A DNA stretch of 64,000 bases, taken from positions 62,001 through 126,000 of the forward strand of contig BDGG01000001.1 in the NCBI GenBank assembly GCA_001949185.1, given 5' to 3'. A program made the translations under genes and the position numbers. Shown here one piece after another: positions 52,601-64,000 of the stretch. The notes beneath the pieces are model-generated. The model ran no database searches. It saw only the letters and a program-made list of their open reading frames with translations, and was not told the DNA's origin. Source of the DNA: Ramazzottius varieornatus (lineage: Eukaryota; Animalia; Tardigrada). Numbering within the stretch: the stretch's first letter is position 1; every line of letters starts with the position of its first letter.

Positions 52601-54331
52601 AATGTGCTCTCACGTGCAGGTGCATGATGCGTTGAGATCGAACCTAGCAGCGCACAGTGCACAGTCACGAGCTTTCAATGGCGCAAATCAAGCGTTATTC
52701 TAATCAAACCGAAACCGAAATCGCAGTTAGTAATTGTGATATGGAGCGCCCTGCGAGTTGATTTAAATATAATATCTTCAGCTCTGGCTCCCAGCTAATT
52801 TAATACCAATAAGTATCCCACCTCGATCGAGGTATCTAATAAATATTAATATGTTATGTCAGATGCAAAAAGCATCTAATAAGTTCTAATTAAATATAAT
52901 GTTTATATATGCCAACATCACTAACAGAAAAGTGGCTATACTAACGAGCTTGGTTACGGTTTCAAGACATTGGTCTTCAAGCGCGAACGTCAGAAGACGC
53001 GACAAACTTTCCATCTTTCGAATGTTACTTTATACAGTATCTGATGAAAAAATTCGGTTTGAAATCAAACAACATCGAAGTTTTTTTATGGTTTGAATTT
53101 GCGCACTTGAACGTTCCCTCGTGAGTCCACTATGTTTAGAGCGAGCCTACGGGATCTTCTCTGTCCGAACTGACCATAACTTTCAATACTTACACTGCCG
53201 CTCTTCTGCGCTACCCGTTTCCGTTTCTCAACGTTATCATCGACAAGCTGCGAGCGAGTCGAAGGCGAAGCGAACAGCTTGTAGAGTATACTATTCGTAG
53301 ACTATTCATAGACAAGCTTGAGCTATGCGGTCTACGTGCCATATTGATCCATCGGTAGACACATATTTGACTGCCACTCTTTCTCCTGGAGTGGTTGCAC
53401 CAGGCTATTAAATTCTGGTCGGTAGCACCCGACGATGGCGATTTGCGATGCGACGGCGGTAAACATTGTCACCGTGATGAAAACAACGCGAGCTTGAGTG
53501 TTCTGCGACAAGCTTGCTATCGGTAAAACGATAGCGTTCGCTCCATTTCCGCCGCCTAAAGCCTTGGTATCCGCAATCTGACGTCATAATCCGAAGCGTC
53601 CCGTTGCGGTAGGCGGAACGGTAAAAATGGCCTGGTTTCTGCTCCTTTCGACTGAATATTAGCTTTGGTCATCTGATTAAGTTTCTTCAAGCATGCTTGC
53701 CATCAGACGGTAGAGAAACGAAGTCCATGGCCATACGTTTTGCTACTAGGATGGGTCATTAGTGAGTCGGGGGACCCATCGACAGGCATCCGAACTCCTT
53801 GACGATCTTTTGACCAAATACCGTCGTACGATGGCTTGAAGGTAACGATGAAGCCACTCTCCACCCATTTTCGGTGACTTGTAGAAGATACCGTCATCGA
53901 ATCGTTACTGTCGAGCGCGTCCGACCAGAAACTAATACATCTCCCAGCTAAAATATATCGTGGTTGAGGGTGCTCCTTACCCTTATCTGTCAGGAAATAT
54001 AGCGAGTACTACGAGAGTATGATCTGCCGACGATGTCAAGGTTTGAATGCAGCCAAATTACAACTAGCAAGGGGTACAACCCTAGATAATCCCCCTCAGT
54101 GTCCCCGTAACTGGCAAAACCATTAACCACTATATCATGTTCAACCTGTACGCAGGTGCGTGAAAGAGGCTACATAACAATGCACTGTATTTAGATTCAG
54201 GGCAAGAGGGCCAGCCAATGGGCATGCGTTTGGCTCTGAGTCCGCCCCAAAAAGTGCCATCACGTGGGTGGCCAAACTTAACATTGCAGCTTTTCGATTA
54301 AAAACGCCTCGCTCGGCTTAATGATGAAATA

Positions 54332-54610
54332 CTGCAAATATTCGCTGCATCCGGCCATCCGCGCAGTACCTACACGTTCGTGACGATGTAACCCCCATAG
54401 GGGGTCGCGCATTCCGTGAAACGGGACCGGGGCTGTAATGCTTCGTGAACTTCGCGAAGCACGTCATGATATGCGTACAGTTGAACCCCAGTCCGAAAAT
54501 TTGGCCCTACAGGGATGTTCCGCGCGTATGATGCACTGCGAAGTTCCTGAAGCATTACAGTACTTCACTTGTACGATGAGGTTCCGCGCGGATGCAGCGA
54601 ATATTTACAG
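54332..54610. mobile_element. Nested MITEs
   Basis: Outer TIR CTGCAAATATTCGCTGCATCC / GGATGCAGCGAATATTTACAG; inner 54433-54562 copy of the 45427 family. Confidence 0.75.
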
Positions 54611-55486
54611 TTCGGAAACTCATATGGGTCGATTGGGTTGTAGATCTGAATTCAACGTCACTCAGCCGAACGTTGCCATAACAGTTTATTGAAGTGTGAA
54701 AAATGCGTCGTTTCCAGTAGTCGCATAACATTAATCAATGTTGCGTTACGTCAGGTGATCATCGGAAGGGATACATTTTTACATTATACGGTTTGCCTGT
54801 TGGGCAAGTCGTAGATCTGGATGATATCTTCCTTTCCCGGCAAACCATTTTTTATGGCCGCTGCTGCACCTGCGAACTCACATTGCAAGTTGATCTGCGT
54901 ATGTACCATTTCAACTGCGTACATATCAACTTACAATTGCATTTCGCCTTGCACACGCCGGCGAATAAATTCAATTTCAAGTCCTGCGAGCTTCCAAATG
55001 CAGTATAAACCTGCATTTTACCGCCACGCATTCGTGCGCAACGATCAAACATTCAGTCTGAGAGATCTGATCAGGTACAACGATAATTGAACCTTGTTGT
55101 GCTCAAGACCATTGCTGGGTAGAGGCATGACAAATGGGGAATCCAGGCACCCAGCACATACATCACGGTTGTGGGAGTGGAGTCTAGCCAAGCACTGTTG
55201 TCCATTGACAGCGAATTTCGCTGGAATTTACGGGGGGCTGTCTGGTCCCGTGAAGCGGATTAAGTCGGTTATCAGTAAATTTCGCCTGTGTGACGTAAAA
55301 TAGGGAAAATCAACGGTGACCGATTCATTCGCGTCAGTTCGACCAAAGTGTTATTTTGACTTCCGATCGGAACCTGCCGTTACTTTTCAGTCATACTTTT
55401 CAGTCATACTCAGGCGAAATTGCCTGCCTTTGCGTGACGTAATAACAGCAGCCTATGCCGGCAGTCACATGACAAATTCCCACTTG

Positions 55487-56936
55487 TTATGCCTCTAGTG
55501 CCAGTCGAGGAACACGAGAGAACCAAGACCTATCCGACCGATAGTTAATCCGCGGTACCTGGTTCTGGGTGTGGAGTTGTAACGGCCACAGTGGTGGACG
55601 GCACCATGTCGTGATCATTGCACAAAGGCGTGTCACACATGCACACTTCGAACTTATCAACGGTCGCGGGACGATAACGGAAGCCCAATTCTTCGACTGC
55701 ACTTCTGTACAGATTTTCCAAATGGCCGTTTCTTCCAAATGACGGAGCCGCTGACCGGAACACTTCAAGGTCGGCAGGCGACTGGCATTGATTCTCCACG
55801 ACAGTCAGACAACCCGGGGAAAACTCGGTGTTCACCGACTCCAAAGGTCAACATGACTTGTATTGCCTCCCTGCAAACCGCAAAACAGAGATCGGAACCA
55901 GCCGCCCATGTGAGAGTTCGCTGCAAAGGAATATTTTGCACGCAGAGCTGCGCAGTCAGTGTGGAGCAGTAGATACCAGCATCAAGAGGACATCTACTCG
56001 TGCTTTTCCGATCAGGAATTATTTCTGTTCCCACGACACTAAATTCCAACCGCACTTAGAGGTAAAGTCGGACAGCTGTCCACAATGATACAGGAGACTA
56101 AATCAAAATCAACAAGTTATGTGGACACGGTTCTTCCCTTCCATTCAAACCGTAACGAATTCGAGCTGCATGTCGGTGAATGCATGTCTGCTGCATGTCT
56201 GCTGAAACAAATAACTTTTTCTTCTTTTGAAGAAAAAGTTATTTGTTTGAATAAAGCAATCTATCCACTACTCTCTTAGCTAGCGTAGCCAACCCGGTTT
56301 GTTCCATGGGCCACGAAAAAACTCACTGTTTTGATATAATTTCTAAAAATTTCTAAAATGCATTCGTTTCTATCCACTACTCTCTTAGCTAGCGTAGCCA
56401 ACCCGGTTTGTTCCATGGGCCACGAAAAAACTCACTGTTTTGATATAATTTCTAAAAATTTCTAAAATGCATTCGTTTCTATCCACTACTCTCTTAGCTA
56501 GCGTAGCCAACCCGGTTTGTTCCATGGGCCACGAAAAAACTCACTGTTTTGATATAATTTCTAAAAATTTCTAAAATGCATTCGTTTCTCGAAGCGGTTC
56601 GCTTCTGGATTTATTCGTTGAGCTTTGCAATGCCCACATTGATAGACAGCGTGCAATGAGAACACTTATGGCTTTCCTGCTCTTACCGATTGTCAATGTT
56701 GCATCAGGGATGAAGGCATGCTTGAAGGTGACCGAATGTTTCTCTTGGAAGCAGAACTTGTCGGCTGCGCATGTTATCACTTTCATGTTTCCACTACAGT
56801 CAGTTGGTGTCCGGAAAAGGGCTGCTTCTGTAGCCCTCAACTGCGAGGAGATTTCTGAGCACTGGTAACAAGTTAGCTTCGAGGTGGGAGCCTCCATCGT
56901 TGTCAACGTTATTGCAACAAAAATACATGCCTCCAT
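55487..56936 (-). pseudogene. Ly6/three-finger gene, array copy 3
   Basis: Exon ~56890-56687 KLTCYQC...TDCSG...CAADKFCFQEKH; terminal exon from 55870 has TGA at 55848-55850 (KSC*PL, where paralogues have CRSL) and further stops in the tail. Confidence 0.8.
56261..56589. repeat. Three identical 109-bp tandem repeats
   Basis: Unit CTATCCACTACTCTCTTAGC...ATGCATTCGTTT starts at 56261, 56370 and 56479. Confidence 0.95.
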
Positions 56937-57639
56937 GCGCTTAGCATTGGCAACACGAAACCGAACATTTCGGCAGCTTTCACAAAGGCTGCTCTAGAGA
57001 TAGAGCTGACTGTTCTCCCTATTGTGTTCGGTGCTGTAGGCCGCGCTGAGGACCGCAAGGCGAGGGAAGTAATAGCCCATTCTAGGCGTTCGACCACATG
57101 CTCATTCAGTATTCATCACACGTCCACCCTGACGGCTCGTGTCCAAGCTATGACACGCTTCGCGTGGTTTCGAAACTGAGCACATTCTTCTATCACGGTT
57201 ACGTGCGTGGAGATACATTTTTTCCCCGCATCCACCCGCGAATTTGTACTAAAGGTATACGCGCGCTTGTACCATCTTCACCGCGCGTATAATCACATGA
57301 ACGTCCATAACTTCTACTGACCAACAATTCTCGTCGAGCGCGTACGAATAATGGTAATTCGCCGCGCACATGCCCGCGAATGAGGCCGGTTTTTTCAACG
57401 CAGTTAAACGCAAAACAATAGTTGTTCGCGCATGTCACTGCGGTGGAATTACGCGGATGTTTCGAATCGAACAGCGGACGACCCCAAGTGTGTTCGCGGT
57501 CGCTGGGCAGTGCGCTGGTCGTTTGGTCGATGCCTGCACTCTCTATCTGGTCGATGCGTTTATAAGCCTCTTGCAGCACTATACAGTACACACGTTTGTG
57601 AGCAATGGTCAGAAATCCAGTTCAAGTTCAGTGCAGGTA

Positions 57640-60600
57640 GGAAGCATGCTGAATCTCAGTGTGTGCTTGTGAATTCGAACGTCTGGTCGAGCAACAGGCG
57701 AGAACGAGATCAGCGTAGCCGCCAGACATTGGACTGTACCTGGTTCTTGGCCTGGGTGCTCACTGCCAAAGTTGTGGGTGGTATCGTGTCCTCGTTGCAC
57801 AAAAACGTGTCACACATGCACTCTTCGAACTTTCGGACGGCCACAGGAGGATACCAATAACCCAACGGCATCACTGTTGTTTTGTACAGATTCGTCAAAG
57901 AGCCCTGTTTCAAAAATGCAGGAGTCGTCTGGAACGTAGATAGGTCGGTAGGTGACTGACATTTGTTTTTCTCCACGGTCAATCCACTCTTGAACTCTTT
58001 GTTCGCCCAGGCCAGAGAGCGGCAAGCTTTGAATTCCCCCTCTGAAAAAGCGCAAAACAGATGAAAACCAATGACCAGTATGAGCGTTCGTTGCAAAGCA
58101 GCAAATCGCACACAAAATAGTGATTTAATGTAAAGCAGTGGCCACTAACATTGAGACTGGACTACATGCACCTGTCCTAATTGTTAGCTGGGACAAAACG
58201 TTGGCCAATGATTTCGAAACGGCAGCTTCGCAGTTCACATCATGTCAGAGTGGTGTAACGCGGAGCCGCCGTTTCCAAATCACAGACTAACAGTTTTGCA
58301 CCGGATAACAATTATGGCAAGCGCTTGTGGCTATATTCGTACTTTCCCGTTCAAAATTCCGTTCCTCGTTGCGACACTGTGGTTTTAGTGCACGCCAAGT
58401 TAAATTAGGGCCCTTCTAGTGCAGTGTGGAAGATGCATTGTTAATCTACAGGTGCAAGGTTTTGACTTGCTCATGGGTTCACAAGTCAACACCCTTAGCA
58501 GTAGCCTCATGGACGCAATTGTATCACTAAATTAAACTGTACTTGCGGAGATGTGTTTTTCACGCTGCACTTACTGTGCGAGGGTGTTGATGTTTCCAGC
58601 AAAACTAAGCACAGATAAAGTTACCACCTTCCGTTCGTTTTACGACTGTAGCTAAGGCTTGCTCTGGCCGTTTCATGATGAAAGGGATGGACACAGTTTG
58701 CTTTCCGGAGCTCGCTTATTTAGGAAAATAGGATAGCTGGAAATACGGTGGCCAACATTGAGAAGCATAGTGGCTACCCGACTATTCAGTGTTGATGTCA
58801 GCTGTTTCGCTTTTGAGTAACTTCGCAGCTCATTTTATCTGCAGCCGGACTTTCAACTGGAGGTCGTAGCTTCAGGCAATCGTATTCCGCAGACGTAGTT
58901 TAGAAACCGCATAATCGATTACTTCAATATGTCTGCTATGTGTCAACCGAAAGAAATGTCAACTGTCGTGGTGATGCTCGCGCACCTTGAGATTTTAATT
59001 CATGAAGCTGGTCGGGCGTGCGCGGAAGTGGCCGGTCTGTCAACCTACGAATAGAGCGGCCGGAGATACCAGGCATGTGGCTGCTGGTTTATAAGAGGTT
59101 GCCTCTTGGTGCCAGGCGGGCGCCAATCTGTACGATGATAAGTGCGCTCAGGAGAAAGGAAGGACAATAGCCAGAGCATCCACACTGATCAACGCTCACC
59201 GACCCGCGGAAAAACGCTTCGCAGGCACAGGGTGGAAGCTGATTGGTCACGCCTCTCTGTGTCCGCCTTGAAAATCAAACACCCTTTGACGCGTGTTCCT
59301 GAACAGTCAGCCCGTTTACAACTCAAAATCCATCTGGAACTCCCGGATGTACAGAAATTATCTCTTCGGCAGCTGAATGTTTGGTAATTTTAGCGCTAGT
59401 TTCAGTGGTCGGGACAATCAAAAGTTTTTGAAATCGGTACTAAAGTCATCTAATGCCATGTGTAATTTTAAGATTGCTCGAACCACATTGCGGGTCGCCA
59501 CTCGAAAATGATGCGCTAACTACAGCCCGTTCAAGCAAACTTTTACCTACTGTTTTCTAATGTCGAAAGAATCAGGATCGAATTTTTATGCCTGTTAGCT
59601 TAAAAGTTAGGGTGTGACTATTGTCACCGCCCAAACCGCCTAATCGCTATTGCCACCGCCTCGAACCGCCCAAGAGTCTATCGACACCGCCTTTGATTAT
59701 TATTAATGTAATCGATTCGAAACCGCCTTCTTGAAAAACTTATGCCCCCGTAGACGAGGAAGAAAGAGCTCTGATGGTCTTACCAACAGAAAAGCCGACA
59801 TGGTCATCACTGTTGACCAGTCCGTAGCAATACGCAACTGTCTTGGCAGCATGCATAACCGGTCAATTCGTGGCTGAAAAGGCTGATCTAATGTTTCTCT
59901 GTTGCAACATATTTCGTGTTCTTCCCCTTGTCAAATTTCAAGAACGATTTACAAAAGGCGGTGACGTTAGATTTAAGGCGGTTAAATTTCGGAAAAAGGC
60001 GGTACTATCAGCGTTTTAGGCAGTGACTATAGCCATTTCCTAAAAGTTATAGCCCTGTCAATAAGCTACGAGAATTAACCGAAAGTAAGTTCATTAGAAC
60101 ATTCTCTGTGCGCAGGGAAGAGATTGTTTGGGTGCGCGTAGTCATCCGAACAAACTTTCCTTTGCAAAATTTTAATCCAGCTGTGCCCAGGCTGATCAGT
60201 TAGAGACAGACTCTGGCATACATAGTACTGAGTGAACTACTCTATCTGCATGTTTTGTAACAAGTTGAGTCACAATGCGGCGTTCAAGAAAGATCTAGGT
60301 TTTAGTGTTGAAAGTTTGCCTTGCCAGTTGGTTTGCCGATTACGGGGCATTCTATGGCCACGCGAGGTCGCCCGGTCGAGTAAAAGCAGGCTTTCTTACA
60401 GGGTTTCCAAGCCGACTTGCTACCACCTAGAACTTCGACGTATAGAAAATACGGATTGCTTCATTTTCCTCGGATCCAGCACACTTTCCACGGACCGTCT
60501 CAAGCAGATTCCATTGGGCACAAGTGAGTTAACAAACGCCGAGAGATGGTTTGAAGAAAGCAATTAGTATGACTTCCGATAGGGAAGACTTTTCGCCACG

Positions 60601-61720
60601 ATCCAAGCGTGCTCTATGGAATTCCAGGTGCGAGCACTGATTCCCGAAAAAATTTCAAAAGATATAAAGATATCTGACTTGACTCTAAGCTTAGGATAGA
60701 TTGCAGAAACGATAAACAAACTTCGTGAATGGAATTGAACCCATCAAATTTGGCTATTTCCCCGGGAAATCCTTTTCCGGGGAAAAATAATGGCTCTTGT
60801 CTTGAACGGAAGGTTTCTGCTATTGAACACTTTCGTCGCGCTCAGTTTCCGTGTTCCAGTTATTGTCGCAGAAGTTATTGCAAGATCTTGATGCAAAACT
60901 GAATAAATAACTTTCGGAAAGAGCCTGAAAACTGCAAAAGTTAGCGTATTTTTATCTTTACGCCTTCCAGAGGTTTATGTCAATTCCGACTTTCCCGAAG
61001 CAGATTTTTGGCCAGTAATTCAGGAGATTGCGTATGGGTTGCAAGTTCAAGAAAACTAAGCTTTAAAGTTGGGCTTTGAGCATATCGCGAACGGCTTTTG
61101 AGTCATATGCGGCAGCAAGCTGGCTTAGCCATCCTGTGTTAGACCATACTGTACATAAAAAAATCTGAAAATCAGAGTGTCGGAACAAAAAATTGAGCTT
61201 TTGGTGGATACTGTAGAGTAGGGCGTCCTCGGTATTGATATACACTAGCTAGTGGTTCTAACCACTGGAAAGGCCGAGCAAAGGAGGCAAACCATTGTAG
61301 AGCGAACACTTTTACTTGTGACTCACAGTACGGTTCCCCAGTAAAATTTTTAATCGCCCCGATCAAGTGGCGTGTCTTCTTTCAGTACTGTGTTTGCGAT
61401 ATCTGAAAGAACGAAGAATTTGGTCGTCCATTGAAATCTCGACAGACTTAAAAGGCCTCGCTTCGCTCGGCCTAAATATACAGATACCAGTATCTGCATG
61501 TACCAGATTTCTTCGCGTACCAGTAGTCATTGATGCGCCACTGAGATATACATTTTTTAACGTAACCATGTGCTTTTCGTGATAGACATCTCGTCCGCTT
61601 CGCAGAATACCATTTTCATTTTTCCACTACAGTCAGTTGGTTTTGGCGAGACCGCTGTGTCTTTGACGTTTATCTGCGTGCTCGTTTCTGAGCATTGGTA
61701 GCAAGGTAGCTTCGGAATCC
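57640..61720 (-). pseudogene. Ly6/three-finger gene, array copy 4
   Basis: Exon 61720-61521 KLPCYQC...TDCSGKMK..C with a 1-nt frameshift before YHEKH; terminal exon from 58041 (KACRSL...CMCDTFLCN) with QEPGTVQCL tail shifted out of frame. Pairing of the two exons is inferred. Confidence 0.72.
59608..60057. mobile_element. Probable non-autonomous hAT-like element with ACCGCC/GGCGGT subterminal repeats
   Basis: Six ACCGCC motifs at the left mirrored by GGCGGT motifs at the right; TAGGG...CCCTG ends. Confidence 0.55.
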
Positions 61721-62149
61721 CTGCAACAAAATACAGACGTCAATGCAATTATCACTGACAACAGTCAACAGGATTTCTGTAGACCTCAACGGCTGCCCAA
61801 GATGTAGAGCGGAATGTTTGTAGTGTGATATTTGGTTGCTCGTTCACTTTCGGTACCGACCACACGACATTGGGTCTTGTCAAAACTACGATGCGCGTCG
61901 CGCGAGTCAGAAGTAGAGATTACTTTCACTGCGGTCACATGCTCGGAAAAATTCAGTGCGCCGAGAAACACTCTGCGGACTTAGTACGTAAAAGCTGCAA
62001 GTATATGCGGGGAATCACTGTTTTGGGGTGAACGCTTCGACGAAATGGATCTTCGATAGAAAAAACTAGTTACATGTTTCATGGCGGTCAAGACCATTGC
62101 ATACAAAGTGCCGATGAATAAACATTCGCTCTTTCGGCAGTCAGAAGGT

Positions 62150-62350
62150 CAAACTATGGCTTCGGCTTTCGGGATCGAACTGATAATCGGGCTAGGGCGA
62201 ATTTGATTACGGCCCGAATAGAGAATTTCAGAATGGAAATACTCGGTACGGATTTTTTTCAGTGCAGTCCAACCCGAAATGACGGCTCTGAACATAGAAA
62301 TTTGAATTTCTGACTGCTGAAACTAACTAAAATTGTTAGGGGCCACCACT
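62150..62350. mobile_element. Partial copy of the 33172/44858 hAT-like MITE
   Basis: GATAATCGGGC core and GGGCCACCACTG terminus. Confidence 0.65.
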
Positions 62351-64000
62351 GGTGTCAAGTATCTTTCTGCACCCTAAGGGAATTTCCGAACGGGACGTCT
62401 ACCTATGTCAAAAAATCAACCAGAAGCGCGAATCTGTCCCTGGACAAACCGCCTGGCTGGCGGTTGAACAGTTACAGATTTGTTCCTGGAAGCGATGGAA
62501 GCAACAGCCGTAAACCTAATCCGCGCCTAAGCGAGCCGCTGAGCGCCGCACACCAGCGTGCGTTCGGCTAATCAGGCACGGTGGATCTTGTTAAGACGAG
62601 CAAGATCCGCATAACGTGACTCCCATGAGAAGCAACTTCTGCAGCACCTTACTCCACGTAAGCTCTATTCCTTCCTACCCATGGATACCGTCATGTTCAA
62701 CCTATTAAAAATCATGATAATGATGTTACAGAGCGGCTCCTTTTATTAGCAGCCGCACCGTTCGCGACATATCAAAAATCAGAGATATTCAAGCTCGATA
62801 TTCTATTCGGCAACCCATATCCGCACGAATGATTGAGACCGGATAGCTTATCCTACAACGCTACAAAAAAATTCGTTTTACGTTGAAATATTGAGAAAAC
62901 CACTTTTCAGAACAGCCCTATGCATATTTTCCTTCAGTAAAAGTATTTTATACTCGTAAGCGATGAGAAGTATATGTAACTGGCAATTTTCCATCTCCTG
63001 AAGCCAAGTTTCAACAGGGGTTAGAATTTTCTTTTCAGTTCCATCGTTCAAAGTGTTATGATAGTGCAGCAGTTATCAATCGTCGCGACAGCGCAACGAC
63101 ATCATCGGCATTGTATTTCGGTAGCTCAAACATCGCCCTTTCCCTTCGCAGAGGGGGCTGCTGAGAAACTACCTTCTCGTGGAAGCCATTTATTAAGATC
63201 CTGTTCGCCTTAATCGTACTGTATGAGTAACAGGATCTACCAGAGCGTTTGCTGCTACTCGTCTTCATCTGTCGCGCTCTATTTAGGGCAAGACTGACCC
63301 TCCATCACCCCTGCATTTTTCGACCAGAACCTTCAGAACTTTTGGACACTTATTCTACGCTCACTATCGTTGAAAATGCTGGTTTTGTGTCTCTTAGATA
63401 TTTAGCATTGTCAAAACTGCAGTATGTTTTCTCGTTCCGTCTGTACCGTTCCAGACGGAGTCTGTTGATCGAAATAACTCACTTCGCCGTAATCACGCCG
63501 ACGGACGCCGGCTGTCAGCAATACACTGTAACTCAGTTAGTAGCGAAAGACGCCGATCGGGAGACGCCAGTTGCGGTTTTATATCGAACGTTACTGCTAT
63601 ACGTAGTATTATCTGGCTTTACGGACAGATACAGAGAAAGAGATCTCTCGGAGCACGGGAAGCAAACAGTAGCGCACTAGCGCCCCCAAATGACGAGTGT
63701 CATCACGCCTTGCTGACCACGGCAGGCGCAATCAATGACACCAGTTCATCCCCGGAACGCATACAGCGTTACCGCGCGTATACACCCACCTATTACGGGT
63801 CCCATCGACCAAGGTCCATTCTAATATCAACATGCATATTTCACCGAATTAGTCTTGACAGATATCGAGCCCCGGATGTAGCGCAGAGCTCACAGCACCC
63901 ATGTCGGCACTGTGAAATTCGAGACTGGCAGATACAGCCGTTGGGAACAATTCTTTACCGCGTATTCCCGGACAATCACACTTCAGCTTGCACCTGCCCG

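Noticed and set aside
50000-54300. Short ORFs here and at 24.7-25.6, 43-44 and 62.4-64 kb
   Set aside because: No recognisable domains or consistent exon structure; probably old TE debris or intergenic DNA. A homology search is needed.
55848-55850. In-frame TGA as selenocysteine
   Set aside because: It aligns to Arg/Gln, not Cys, in paralogues; consistent with a C-to-T change, and other stops follow.
56890-56936. MEACIFVAITLTT as a signal peptide
   Set aside because: Matches the intron acceptor tract of copy 4 (TATTTTGTTGCAG); probably intron sequence with a lost AG.

Overview
Eukaryotic (animal) genomic DNA with short GT-AG introns and two assembly gaps. It looks like a compact-genome invertebrate; a tardigrade is plausible but unverified. 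Left 39 kb: apparently intact enolase, GAS8/DRC4, CDC34/UBE2R-type E2 and enkurin genes; a two-exon CFAP100/CCDC38-like gene with one in-frame stop; a decayed Argonaute; two Ly6/three-finger (quiver-like) terminal exons. These are interleaved with hAT, pogo/Tigger, Mutator-like and LINE elements and many MITEs. Right 20 kb: a tandem array of Ly6/three-finger genes in which every copy carries a disabling lesion, plus MITEs. The most unexplained signal is a dispersed, fixed-length 45-bp hairpin unit (AGTGGCGCACG-N23-CGTGCGCCACT). It occurs singly or in short arrays in introns of five genes and inside the TIRs of a Mutator-like element. Exon boundaries and homologies were read by eye; no searches were run.
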